Shown one piece after another: positions 25,364-34,783 of a stretch of 43,085 nucleotides of DNA. The translations under genes and the position numbers were made by a program. Origin of the DNA: a virus; the IMG/VR virus record IMGVR_UViG_3300006201_000477; one strand, written 5' to 3'. Under the pieces are notes generated by a model. The model was not told where the DNA came from. It searched no databases and was given only the letters and a program-made list of their open reading frames with translations. Position 1 is the first letter of the stretch, and each line of letters begins with the position of its first letter.

Positions 25364-25564
25364 TTATTTCACCTTGCCTTTCATATACTGTTCCATTCTT
25401 TCCTCTGCCTCTTTTATCGTATACTGCTCTCCATCATGGAGAAGGGCCGCTATTATATCTTTTCTTTCTTGGAAACGTTCTGATAGCAGCAGCTGTTCTT
25501 TTGAGAATTTCAGTTCCATTTTTCCATCTTGCTTCTTTTTTTCTTCCTGTATTGCTTTTTTCAT
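25364..25564 (-). CDS. Hypothetical small structural-module protein
   Basis: 66-aa charged ORF, tightly packed with its neighbours. Confidence 0.5.
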   Translation of the reverse strand: MKKAIQEEKKKQDGKMELKFSKEQLLLSERFQERKDIIAALLHDGEQYTIKEAEERMEQYMKGKVK

Positions 25565-26010
25565 TCTTTTTCCTGTCCTTTCCTAGATGTTTTAGACAAA
25601 ACCTCTTCCATAACAGGTAGAGATTCCCCTACTTTATAAACAAACATGTCATAATTCACAAAGAAATGAAGAATCCCCTCTACTACCTCATATCTCATCT
25701 TTGTGCCCATCACTAGACTATTGTCTACTTCCAGATATTCCAGACAAGAAAAAAGCTGTTCGCCAATATCATAACATTCCTTATTCTTATGCTGCTCCTC
25801 TCTTGGAAAATACTGGATACAAAACTGATTTTGCCTAAAATACTTTTTATTAAAAAACAACTTATTTGTATGGTTCAAGCACTGGATAAAAAAGCAAGGC
25901 TCTTTTAAACCTTGCTTTTTCACTTCTCTATAAATTTCATATGTATCACCAAATTTAGCATGTAAGGAAATACTGATCGATTCCATGATAGCATTTATCA
26001 CTTCATACAC
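25561..26010 (-). CDS. Tail terminator / completion protein candidate (XkdJ position)
   Basis: Assigned from synteny only. Confidence 0.45.
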   Translation of the reverse strand: MYEVINAIMESISISLHAKFGDTYEIYREVKKQGLKEPCFFIQCLNHTNKLFFNKKYFRQNQFCIQYFPREEQHKNKECYDIGEQLFSCLEYLEVDNSLVMGTKMRYEVVEGILHFFVNYDMFVYKVGESLPVMEEVLSKTSRKGQEKE

Positions 26011-26582
26011 TCCCCTAAAAATTTTTTGATTTTAGCTTCCAGTACTTTGGGGGCAATCCCCTGCATTTCTTGTTCAGATATAGTAAGCATGAACCGGCCA
26101 GGAACCCACCCCTTATGGTTTCGTGTCCTATGGCCATATTCCACATAGGAAGCATATTCCACTGGATTTATAATCTCAATTACAAGAAAGCCCCCGTAAT
26201 GGTTGATTTTCAAAGAATCTGCATAAGCAATCCCTTCACTAACAGACGATTTTCCAGTTCCGCTTTCCGCTTCCTTGTGGCTTTTAGAAGTCCAGCCCCT
26301 TCTTAATGTACCTCCCATTTTCCCTGATGGGTTTATTCTTTTTTTGTATGTGTCACCTTTTTTATGGTTTTTGGAATCCCTTTTTGCAGTCACTTCCACT
26401 TCTTTTGAATAGTCCCCTACAGGTGTCCGCTTTATGACTTTAGCAAGCAGCCTTGCGGCAAGTTCTTTCGCACACGATTCCACAAACGCTTCCACGTTGC
26501 CAGATTGAAGCTTGTTCAGTTGGTCTTGCAGTTTCTTTAAATCAGAAATAGTAAAATTTCCCATTTTCCCCATTATGCCCAC
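25998..26582 (-). CDS. HK97 gp10-like neck/tail-completion protein
   Basis: The motif AKELAARLLAKVIKRTPVGD...VEYGHRT is characteristic of the HK97 gp10 family. Confidence 0.65.
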   Translation of the reverse strand: MGIMGKMGNFTISDLKKLQDQLNKLQSGNVEAFVESCAKELAARLLAKVIKRTPVGDYSKEVEVTAKRDSKNHKKGDTYKKRINPSGKMGGTLRRGWTSKSHKEAESGTGKSSVSEGIAYADSLKINHYGGFLVIEIINPVEYASYVEYGHRTRNHKGWVPGRFMLTISEQEMQGIAPKVLEAKIKKFLGECMK

Positions 26583-26965
26583 CCCCGGAACAATTCAAGG
26601 GTAACTTCCTGATGTGTGGGGTATATGGCTGGCTTCCCACTACAGCCATATTCCTCTGTTATTCCATTTTGGGTAACAATTATCTTTGAACCGCTGTTCA
26701 CTTGGATTTCAGGAGCAAGAAACAGTTTGATTCCCTGTGAAACAACAGTTGCTGTTTCAGTGTTGGCAGCGATATTTAATTTTTCAAAAGACAGCTTGCA
26801 GGGTTGATTTTCTATTATGGTGACTTCTTTCTCCTCTGATAGTTTTGTTTTCTCGTCTTTTACAGAATGGTATTCTATAATCGTGCATACCCCCTCATAA
26901 GTACTTTCCTGCGCCCGTTTTGCCGCCTTCCTTGCGTTTTCCATTGCCTTTACCATTTGATACAC
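26573..26965 (-). CDS. Head closure / head-tail adaptor candidate
   Basis: Assigned from synteny. 130 aa. Confidence 0.5.
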   Translation of the reverse strand: MYQMVKAMENARKAAKRAQESTYEGVCTIIEYHSVKDEKTKLSEEKEVTIIENQPCKLSFEKLNIAANTETATVVSQGIKLFLAPEIQVNSGSKIIVTQNGITEEYGCSGKPAIYPTHQEVTLELFRGWA

Positions 26966-27339
26966 CTATAACAGGAAAACTCGCTTCTGCCATGCGTTAG
27001 CAGGTAATCTAAGAAATGATTTAACCTTTGCTCTGGTGTCCATGTCCCCTCCCCTGTTGCAAATACCGTATTGGTATCCCCTTCCTGGATCTGTTTGACA
27101 GCATAGTCCAGATCAAGCCTTGCCATACTATCTGGTGAAAACGTTTTCTTTGCTGTTAAAAACTCCCCCACTATCATATCTACAGCGATATTCATTAGCC
27201 CATCAGGAACCATATCGGTATGGCAGTCATTTTTTATGGTATTTTCTACCTTATGGGAAGAGAAAAGCAAGATAGCTTCATCTCCTTCCTCTAAGACATA
27301 ACCAAATGATTCCAGCCGTTCTTTCACCTGCTCCAGCAT
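26950..27339 (-). CDS. Head-tail connector candidate (gp6-like)
   Basis: Assigned from synteny. 129 aa. Confidence 0.5.
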   Translation of the reverse strand: MLEQVKERLESFGYVLEEGDEAILLFSSHKVENTIKNDCHTDMVPDGLMNIAVDMIVGEFLTAKKTFSPDSMARLDLDYAVKQIQEGDTNTVFATGEGTWTPEQRLNHFLDYLLTHGRSEFSCYRCIKW

Positions 27340-27348
27340 AGCCCCCCC

Positions 27349-27672
27349 TTAATCTTCATAAATCACTTCCAAGCCATAAGCAACCGCTGCTTCATGCTCA
27401 ATTCTACATCCTCTCGCATTTTCCCAGCCTTTACAGAAATAAGCGGCATGGCAAAGGCTCATGTTCTCCAAAGATTTAGCAAGGAAACAAAGGGGAATCT
27501 GGACAACGCTCCTTTGCTCCATGTTTTCTTTGTTGTACCATTCATCAGTAAAAAGAGTATTCACAATCTCATACCCTTTTTTCTCCAAAGCCTTGATCGC
27601 CTTTTCCCTTGTGGCGATAATTTCTGCATCCGTTTTGCCAGCCATAGGCTGACTAAGCATAGCCTTTTTCAT
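27349..27672 (-). CDS. DUF4406 / nucleoside 2-deoxyribosyltransferase-like small protein
   Basis: The pattern MLSQPMAGKTDAEI...KGYEIVN...CHAAYFCKGWENARGCRIEHEAA resembles DUF4406. Confidence 0.5.
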   Translation of the reverse strand: MKKAMLSQPMAGKTDAEIIATREKAIKALEKKGYEIVNTLFTDEWYNKENMEQRSVVQIPLCFLAKSLENMSLCHAAYFCKGWENARGCRIEHEAAVAYGLEVIYED

Positions 27673-27689
27673 TTTGTTTGCTCCTTTCC

Positions 27690-28775
27690 TTATCCACGAG
27701 AAATAATACGGGCAATTGGAATGGCTTTATGGTTGATTGTCTTGTTGTCACCGTTGCTTACCAACGCCCAGTTCCTTCCATTTTTCAATTCCTCATCGGT
27801 AGGGCTATTGGTTTTCTGTGATACTTTCAGATAGGAAATACCAGCCACACTTATCGCATTACGCTTACGAGAAATAAGAGTATCTTCCCCGCCTTTTGTC
27901 TTTGCATCACGTACCATTTCATAAGGAACCTTTGCCCCCACTGGTTCAAAACCAATCGCACCTTCCCCAAGGATATAGGTTGTGTACTTTGTGTAGGAAT
28001 CTGCGGATTCAGAACCTGCAACTACTTCAACAGGCATAGAATCATCCACGATAACCAGTCGCCCATTCCATGTACCCATTTCCAGATCACGTTCGATCCC
28101 TTCTGCATCTGTATATTTCAAATATGCCAGAAGTTTCAAATTCTCAAGGTTCGTGGCAACAGTAGAATGGCAGATCACAAGGCTAAACTTCTGTTTATTG
28201 TCGCCGCAAGCTTTCTGAATTGCCACATTCAGGGAAGTTGCGCCCATATGCTGATCTTCTTCTGTTGCACTATCAGAAATATCATACGTATGCTTATCAA
28301 CAAATTCCGCGTTCGCCGTTTTAATCTTCCCTGTCCCCGTTTCAGACATGGCAAAGATACCTTCCAGGATTGCCAACAAAGTACCCTGGTCTACCTCATT
28401 CCAGTAACGGTTGATCTGGTTTCTGACATTTGCCATAAAATCAACACCCCCGGTCACATCATAAGAGAAATCTGCCTCTGTCCAACCCTTCATACGCCCA
28501 TAAACAAAAACACCTTGTTCAAAAGTATCTGTCCTTTCAGCAGTCAGGTTCGTTTCCCCATCATAGTTCAGGGCATCTCCACCAATTAGCCCAAAAAAGG
28601 GAAGCACAGCATAAACCGTCCCCGTCTGTGAATTGGTGACAAAGGTTTCCCGTAAGCGCTGATCGGAAACAATCGCCCTTGATTCCTTTAATTTGTTTAA
28701 CTTGACATTTGGGACAGCTGACATATATTTCCCAAATGCTTTTTCATTAAAACTTTTTGCATCAAATTTTGCCAT
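27690..28775 (-). CDS. Major capsid protein
   Basis: 361 aa, directly after the scaffold gene. Confidence 0.85.
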   Translation of the reverse strand: MAKFDAKSFNEKAFGKYMSAVPNVKLNKLKESRAIVSDQRLRETFVTNSQTGTVYAVLPFFGLIGGDALNYDGETNLTAERTDTFEQGVFVYGRMKGWTEADFSYDVTGGVDFMANVRNQINRYWNEVDQGTLLAILEGIFAMSETGTGKIKTANAEFVDKHTYDISDSATEEDQHMGATSLNVAIQKACGDNKQKFSLVICHSTVATNLENLKLLAYLKYTDAEGIERDLEMGTWNGRLVIVDDSMPVEVVAGSESADSYTKYTTYILGEGAIGFEPVGAKVPYEMVRDAKTKGGEDTLISRKRNAISVAGISYLKVSQKTNSPTDEELKNGRNWALVSNGDNKTINHKAIPIARIISRG

Positions 28776-28804
28776 TTTTCTCTTTCCTTTCTAAACAATA
28801 TGTA

Positions 28805-29401
28805 TTATTCTGCATCAGGGTTATTTTCTATATAAGCAGCCAATTCTTCATAAGACATTTTAGACATATCTACTGTTGTCCCTGGCTTCCTATCCGAAGA
28901 TGCCCCTGGCTGGAATCCTTTAAAATTAGGTTTCGCTTGCTTTTCTGCAAATAAGTAGGAATCTGATTTCTGTAAAGCAGTCAGTTGATCATCCCACCCT
29001 GTCAGTTTTCCATCTTCCCCTAGCTTCACTTTAGAAATATCCAGAAGTGCTTTCACTGCCTTTGTATTCTTTGCCCCTGCTGCCGTTAATGCAGTATCTA
29101 CCGCATTATCCAGCTTTAATTGTGCTAGTTCTGCTTTATGTGCTTTTTCTTGTTCTGCATTTTGCTGCTTCATCGTTTCAATCTGCTTTTTCAATTCTTC
29201 ATTGTCGCCACTTGCCGCTTTCAGATCATCAAGTTGCTTATCTCGATCTGAAACAGACCTTTTTAATGTCTTATTTTCTTCGCTGACTTCCTCATATTTT
29301 GACTTTTCAATATAGTTTCCTAGTTCCTTTAAGGAAGCAGCTTCTGCCTTGGCTGCTAGTTCTTCGGTAATGCCAAGGGCGATAAATTCTTCTTTCTTCA
29401 T
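28805..29401 (-). CDS. Scaffolding protein (GP20-like)
   Basis: ATG at 29401. The protein is charged and coiled-coil rich, with an MKKEEFIALGITEELAAKAEAA start. Confidence 0.7.
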   Translation of the reverse strand: MKKEEFIALGITEELAAKAEAASLKELGNYIEKSKYEEVSEENKTLKRSVSDRDKQLDDLKAASGDNEELKKQIETMKQQNAEQEKAHKAELAQLKLDNAVDTALTAAGAKNTKAVKALLDISKVKLGEDGKLTGWDDQLTALQKSDSYLFAEKQAKPNFKGFQPGASSDRKPGTTVDMSKMSYEELAAYIENNPDAE

Positions 29402-29406
29402 TTTTC

Positions 29407-29682
29407 CTAATCCTTTCCTTTTAATGATATACAACAATTTTCAAATTTCTTATAGGCGTCAAGATACAATTCCTCTTTATCACCATTTAATGTCAACTCA
29501 TAATACATACCATCTGGTAACGTTGTACTAACAAGGGCTTTCCAATTTTGAAGTGTTTTACAATACCATACTACAAATACATCATCTGTTGTAATCTGCT
29601 TTCCATCCGTTTTGTCCAAATGTTTGTTCGAATAATCTTTTACAACGTCTTTTACCAACTCCAAAAACTTTTTTTCTGTCAT
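29407..29682 (-). CDS. Hypothetical small protein (DUF6275-like)
   Basis: An internal ATG at 29682 with an upstream AAAGGA is preferred over the track start. Confidence 0.4.
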   Translation of the reverse strand: MTEKKFLELVKDVVKDYSNKHLDKTDGKQITTDDVFVVWYCKTLQNWKALVSTTLPDGMYYELTLNGDKEELYLDAYKKFENCCISLKGKD

Positions 29683-29690
29683 TTCCTTTC

Positions 29691-29819
29691 TCATCCTTTC
29701 ACTTTTATAGTCTCCTGGCAATTTGGACAAACTATTTCTTTTTCATATTCAAGCAGACTACTGCAAATATTACATATTACTCGGCGTTTATCCCCATACC
29801 TAATAATTTTTACTGCCAT
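29691..29819 (-). CDS. 42-aa zinc-ribbon protein
   Basis: MAVKIIRYGDKRRVICNICSSLLEYEKEIVCPNCQETIKVKG, with CxxC...CxxC. AAGGGGGA lies upstream of the ATG at 29819. Confidence 0.45.
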   Translation of the reverse strand: MAVKIIRYGDKRRVICNICSSLLEYEKEIVCPNCQETIKVKG

Positions 29820-29887
29820 ACTATCCCCCTTTCCTGAAAATAGGCATGAAAAAAGCACCCTTGAACGTTTTTTCAAAAGTGCTTATC

Positions 29888-30292
29888 CTATATACCTGCC
29901 ATTTCTGATAGTTTCCTCTTCTGCTCCTCTATGGCATACAACTCAAATTCCCATTCTCCTGCCGGATTAATCTCTATAAGGGAAATGTTATGAAAGTAGA
30001 ATCTTTCCACAATTCCGTCATTTCGCAGAAAGTCAGAAGCCAATTCATACCTCTCCGTTTTCTGCATGGTTTCTTCCACAAGGCTACTAGTAAATTCCAT
30101 ATCCCTACACAAGACAATGGTAAAGTGTATAGATTTCTCCTTGTAACCATGTTCCCCTAGAACTGGAACTTGTGTTGATCTCTCATAAATACTGATTTTG
30201 GGCTTACAATGAGCAAAAACCACCCTCCGCCCCTGCCCTATGGCAAATAATTCACCCTTCTCGCTGAAAAGTGTATTTAATAATATTGTCAT
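29888..30292 (-). CDS. Hypothetical protein
   Basis: 134-aa ORF between the MuF region and the scaffold gene. Confidence 0.5.
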   Translation of the reverse strand: MTILLNTLFSEKGELFAIGQGRRVVFAHCKPKISIYERSTQVPVLGEHGYKEKSIHFTIVLCRDMEFTSSLVEETMQKTERYELASDFLRNDGIVERFYFHNISLIEINPAGEWEFELYAIEEQKRKLSEMAGI

Positions 30293-30390
30293 TTTTGCTC
30301 CTTTTCTTGCTGGACATATTCTTTACAATGAAAGTTCAATAAAACTACCTTAACCATTATCTAAAGCCAGTAGGCTTATGAACAATGCAC

Positions 30391-30630
30391 TCAATCATAC
30401 CAATCATCACCTTCTTCAGCTCCTAACAATTCGTCAACCGTCTTACCCGCCTGAATACATTCTTCTAAAATCTCACACCATTCATCTTCCGTAAATCCTC
30501 CTGGCTCTGTAGGTGGAAAATCATTAAACCTACTTTCATAAGTATGTATTAGTTTAACAAACCTTGATGGCTCTCTTTCCTTTTCATTAGTTATTCTTCT
30601 TAAAAACTTTGGAATCTGATCTTCTGTCAT
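30391..30630 (-). CDS. Small acidic protein, candidate immunity partner of the MuF C-terminal domain
   Basis: 79 aa. Its ATG overlaps the MuF stop (ATGA). Confidence 0.45.
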   Translation of the reverse strand: MTEDQIPKFLRRITNEKEREPSRFVKLIHTYESRFNDFPPTEPGGFTEDEWCEILEECIQAGKTVDELLGAEEGDDWYD

Positions 30631-32375
30631 TTCATTTCACCTATCACCTTCAAAAATTCTTCATAAGCATTTGGAAATATTTCTTTAATAGATTCTAGTT
30701 TTATAATATTACCTGTAGCAGAAGCACTAAAGAAATGCGCAAATGCCTCACTTCCAATTATTTCATCTGATTTCCAGTACTCCCTTTTATGTCCATACCT
30801 ACCTTTACATTTTCCTTCTGATAGTGCATCAAATAAATCAGAAAAAATATGACTTTCTTCATCAGTCGCTTTTTCAAGAAAATTCGATAATTCTTTATAT
30901 GCTTCTTTCACATTAATATTATAGTACTTTGCATAACCAGTTGTAAACACTGAAAAATCATTTTTTAAAGCATTTATAAAAGCCGTCTGTTCAGACGGTT
31001 GTCCATATATCTTATCAATGTTATGTCCCATTTCGTGAAATAAGGTTGTCCATTGTCCACGACTATCAGAAAAATCTTTTTTTAAATTTATAAATATCCC
31101 ATTTTGTGGAGAATATCTTGCTTTTCCCATAGCATTTATCTTCGCAAAAACAATCCTATCTTGATTTTCCAAAATTACTTTTTGAAATGGCAAAGAAGCC
31201 GAATTAATCACTTGCATGATAGAATCTTTGTATTTAGATTCCAAGTCTTGCAACTTAACGGGTGACTTATTTCGCGTTAATACATCAGAAGCATTTTTCA
31301 TTTTGGAAATTACTTTTTTTGCATCAGCTTCATTTTCAACAAAGGCTTTTTTCCACTCCTTATAGTTCATATCTGCTGGCACATAATAAGTCTTTCTATC
31401 CTCACCCCTTGCTGCCCTTTCCCCTACCTGTTCAAAGTTTTCATCAAAATATGGAACTGTTGTACTCCTGCAATATACATGAAAAGGCGGCGCTGTTACC
31501 CCTGCTTCAAAGTCTTTCATAAGAAACACTTTCCCGTCCATTTCCCGGCAAATATCGGACGTATGGGAATCCAGCGTTGCCACAATCTCATACTGCTCCA
31601 CATCTAGGTCATGGAAGCAGTCCTTTTGTGCTGCTGAACTGAAATAAGCTTCTTCTGTCATAACCAGCCGCCCTGCATTGTACTTAGATGTGTTCATTTT
31701 TTTCGCTATGGCATCAATCGCTTTCTGTGGGTCCTGTCCTAGTATAATATTTTGGGTTAGTTCCTTATGTACTTCTGAAATCAGCTTTTCCTTGTTATTC
31801 CAAATTCGTTCGGAGAAATTCTTTCCATCTACTGCCCAAGGCTTACGAATCACCTTTTCAACCTGCTTCTGATCTACCCCTACTATATCCCACCCTATCC
31901 CAAATCCCTTTTGAAGCTCATAGGCAGTATGATAATAACCATCTAAATAAATCCGCTTCATGGTAGAATCAATGGTATCCAACTGGTTCCCAAACAAAAC
32001 TTCCAAGCTCTGCTGTGTCTGTAGTTTTAAAGCTTCCAAACGTGTTATATGAAACTTAGCAGAAGCATTTTCCAATTCTTTCATCCATTTATTATTGATC
32101 CCATTTTCTTTCCCATACTTGATATAATCATCAACATCCCACTGAAACTCCTTTAATGTTTTTCCTGAAAGCATTTTCCGGGCTTCTGCCATGCTCACTC
32201 CATTATTGGCTGCAAACCGTTGATACCATGTGTTAATCTTCCCTTCAATTTCTTTTTGTGCCTGCCTGTATATGTTCTCCATTTCCTGATAGGCAGCCGC
32301 CCCTTTTTGATTTTGCGCTGCTTCCAGTTGTCCAAAACGCTGTTTCCAGTAATCACTATTTTTCACTAGGAACAC
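30627..32375 (-). CDS. MuF/SPP1 gp7-like minor head protein fused to a C-terminal HExxH metallopeptidase-like domain
   Basis: MuF core: DSHTSDICREMDGKVF...PPFHVYCRSTT. A C-terminal extension of about 235 aa follows, carrying HEMGH (nt 31023..31037) and a downstream GSEAFAHFF. Confidence 0.8.
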   Translation of the reverse strand: MFLVKNSDYWKQRFGQLEAAQNQKGAAAYQEMENIYRQAQKEIEGKINTWYQRFAANNGVSMAEARKMLSGKTLKEFQWDVDDYIKYGKENGINNKWMKELENASAKFHITRLEALKLQTQQSLEVLFGNQLDTIDSTMKRIYLDGYYHTAYELQKGFGIGWDIVGVDQKQVEKVIRKPWAVDGKNFSERIWNNKEKLISEVHKELTQNIILGQDPQKAIDAIAKKMNTSKYNAGRLVMTEEAYFSSAAQKDCFHDLDVEQYEIVATLDSHTSDICREMDGKVFLMKDFEAGVTAPPFHVYCRSTTVPYFDENFEQVGERAARGEDRKTYYVPADMNYKEWKKAFVENEADAKKVISKMKNASDVLTRNKSPVKLQDLESKYKDSIMQVINSASLPFQKVILENQDRIVFAKINAMGKARYSPQNGIFINLKKDFSDSRGQWTTLFHEMGHNIDKIYGQPSEQTAFINALKNDFSVFTTGYAKYYNINVKEAYKELSNFLEKATDEESHIFSDLFDALSEGKCKGRYGHKREYWKSDEIIGSEAFAHFFSASATGNIIKLESIKEIFPNAYEEFLKVIGEMK

Positions 32376-32441
32376 CGCCTTTCAGGAAGCAGGAGGCAAG
32401 CAGGTAATAAATACAAATCTGTCTGGTTGTCCATTGTAACA

Positions 32442-34004
32442 TTAAACTTCTTTCCCCTCGCTATCTGAACCACCTTCTTTCTTTATGGGGACTTTCCCTT
32501 GTTGCTTACCTGCCTTTTCCTGTTGTTCTGTCTGGAAAGGGTTATATCCCTGTTGTTCAAATTCTTCTTGTTCCTTCTCCTGCTGCTTTTCCAACCGTTC
32601 CAGTTCCCTTTTTGGATCATCAATCCAAGGGTGCTGCCCTATAATCGTTTCATCAGATAAAATTCCTACTGATTTCTGGCAATTTTCGATTACCTCTGTT
32701 TCGTTGATTAATATATCTCTATTAAAAATAATCTCTATTTTTTCTTTTTCGAATTCCCCTTGTCCCATATTAGCGAAATGGACATTTACAAACCAAAGAA
32801 TTTCTTCAAAAGCTGCCTGGAACTCTGTTTCCATTTCATTGGCATCTAAATCAATATCAGAATACATAGACTGAATATTCATCTGGTTCGGATTTCCAGA
32901 AAGCCTATCATCTTTTGCATCATATCCCATTGCATTTTCAATAAGGGCCTTTTTAAATATCTCTAAAATGGATTTATAGTTCTCTGCATTAACAGTAATT
33001 TCAAGAGTCTCTACCCCTCCTTTGGTATCTCCATCATATCGGACTTTTACTGCCCCAAATGTGGCAAGATTACGCCTAAATTCTCCTAAATCTGTACCAT
33101 CATAGTTTTTTATCACAAGGATTGTGTTCCTAGAATCTTCCTGCATTATGTTTTCAAAATCAGATAACATCATATTAATTCCATCTTGAAGTGTTTTTAC
33201 TTTTTTAATTAATGGAATCTCTTGTTCATTACACTTTAATGGAATCAGTGGTATTTTCTCCCAGTTTAATCCTATCGCTATTCCTTCTTTATCCATCACT
33301 GTTACATAAGAAGATTCATATTCTTCTTCCTCTGTACTTATATCAGGAACTAGCCTGCTGCCTTCTAAGTAAAATCTATGGATTCCTTGCAAATCATAAA
33401 TTTCTACCTTCTCATAGATTTTTGGAGTTATTCCTTCATATCCCTCCACCAAATACAGACGAACTGCAAAATCAAGGATCGTATGTTCACTATCTTTCCA
33501 AAAGGGAAGGATTTCATATCCTGGGAATAAGCGAAAATCTAATTTCCCCATCTCGTTATAGTACGGATACAGCCAAGCAATCCCTGCATTTAAAGCAGCT
33601 TTTCCCCCGTTTTTTAAGGTTTTCATAAAACGTTTCCCAAACACTTCTTTTAAAAGTTCCACATATTGGGTATTTTCTCCTTCTACCACAAAAGGCTGCC
33701 CTAGCAAATAATTGGCTTTCTGATTTACCATTTTTGCATATTGATTATCAATCAACCGGTTATTCGGCAAATTTTCTACTATTTCCAATTTTCCGCCTTC
33801 CCCTATCATGGTTCTTTTCCGAGCCAAAATATCATGTTCATTTTCATAATACAAATATCCCTTTATTTGTAAAAGCCGCTGAGGACTGTTTTTCCATCTG
33901 GCAATTTCTCTTTCCAGAAATTCCTTGTCACTCATGCGGCTTCTTGCCCCTTGTTTGATTAGGTTGTTTACTTTTGTTGTAAGAAAATCAACAAAATCTA
34001 ACAT
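32442..34004 (-). CDS. Portal protein (SPP1 gp6-like)
   Basis: 520 aa, between terL and MuF, with an acidic C-terminal tail. Confidence 0.85.
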   Translation of the reverse strand: MLDFVDFLTTKVNNLIKQGARSRMSDKEFLEREIARWKNSPQRLLQIKGYLYYENEHDILARKRTMIGEGGKLEIVENLPNNRLIDNQYAKMVNQKANYLLGQPFVVEGENTQYVELLKEVFGKRFMKTLKNGGKAALNAGIAWLYPYYNEMGKLDFRLFPGYEILPFWKDSEHTILDFAVRLYLVEGYEGITPKIYEKVEIYDLQGIHRFYLEGSRLVPDISTEEEEYESSYVTVMDKEGIAIGLNWEKIPLIPLKCNEQEIPLIKKVKTLQDGINMMLSDFENIMQEDSRNTILVIKNYDGTDLGEFRRNLATFGAVKVRYDGDTKGGVETLEITVNAENYKSILEIFKKALIENAMGYDAKDDRLSGNPNQMNIQSMYSDIDLDANEMETEFQAAFEEILWFVNVHFANMGQGEFEKEKIEIIFNRDILINETEVIENCQKSVGILSDETIIGQHPWIDDPKRELERLEKQQEKEQEEFEQQGYNPFQTEQQEKAGKQQGKVPIKKEGGSDSEGKEV

Positions 34005-34052
34005 ATTCCTTCACCCCTTGTATCCTTATTCTTTGTTGTTCTTCTGGCAGCA

Positions 34053-34783
34053 TTAATCAAAACTAAAGGCATCTGGCAGCAGAATCCTAGTGACGCCATA
34101 CCGCATAGAATCCATTCCATGTGAAAATTCATGATCTGGCTTATCGGTCAATTTTCCATCTCTATCTTTACCCCAACAATAATTATTAATCTCTTTTTTA
34201 AACTCTGTGCATTTTGGATGTACTACAATTTGATAATTCTGGATAAGCTGTATCCCATGATTTACACTATCCTTCCCTTTCCTAGAAGGCTCTGCCCGAA
34301 TTCCTTCTTCCTGTAATTCCGCTATACTCTTTGGTTCTGCACAATCACAGATAATCCTCTGCCCACCATATCCCATTTTCTTTATCTGTTCTGCAATCAT
34401 CTTATTCGTAACACCTGTTCGATACCATTCGTCAAATATGTATATCCGCATAGCAGCATTATCTACCACTTCACAAACAAACGCATTTGGGTCCGTAAAA
34501 CCAAAATCTAAGTTAAAGGCTGACTTAATCCCATTACGCCTGCGGATTTCCTCTATATCGAATTCTTCTTCCACTACATTGGTATAAATAAGTCCTTCTG
34601 CAATTCCCCATTCCCCTTCTCCTTCTATACGGTAGCGGCGTGGGTTATTCTTTTTCATCTTTAAGAAAATATTCTGATCTGCCTCATCTAACCATTCATT
34701 ACATTCCCATGTTGTAGTTTTTACGAAAACATCTTCCTCTGGCACATCAAAAAAACGAGCCTTTAACCAGCTCGTTGCACTCC
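34053..34783 (-). CDS. terL: Terminase large subunit, exon 2 (nuclease domain)
   Basis: The frame is open upstream of the track start. It reads (W)SATSWLKARFFDVPEEDVFVKTTTWECNEWL and continues into the nuclease domain. Confidence 0.75.
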
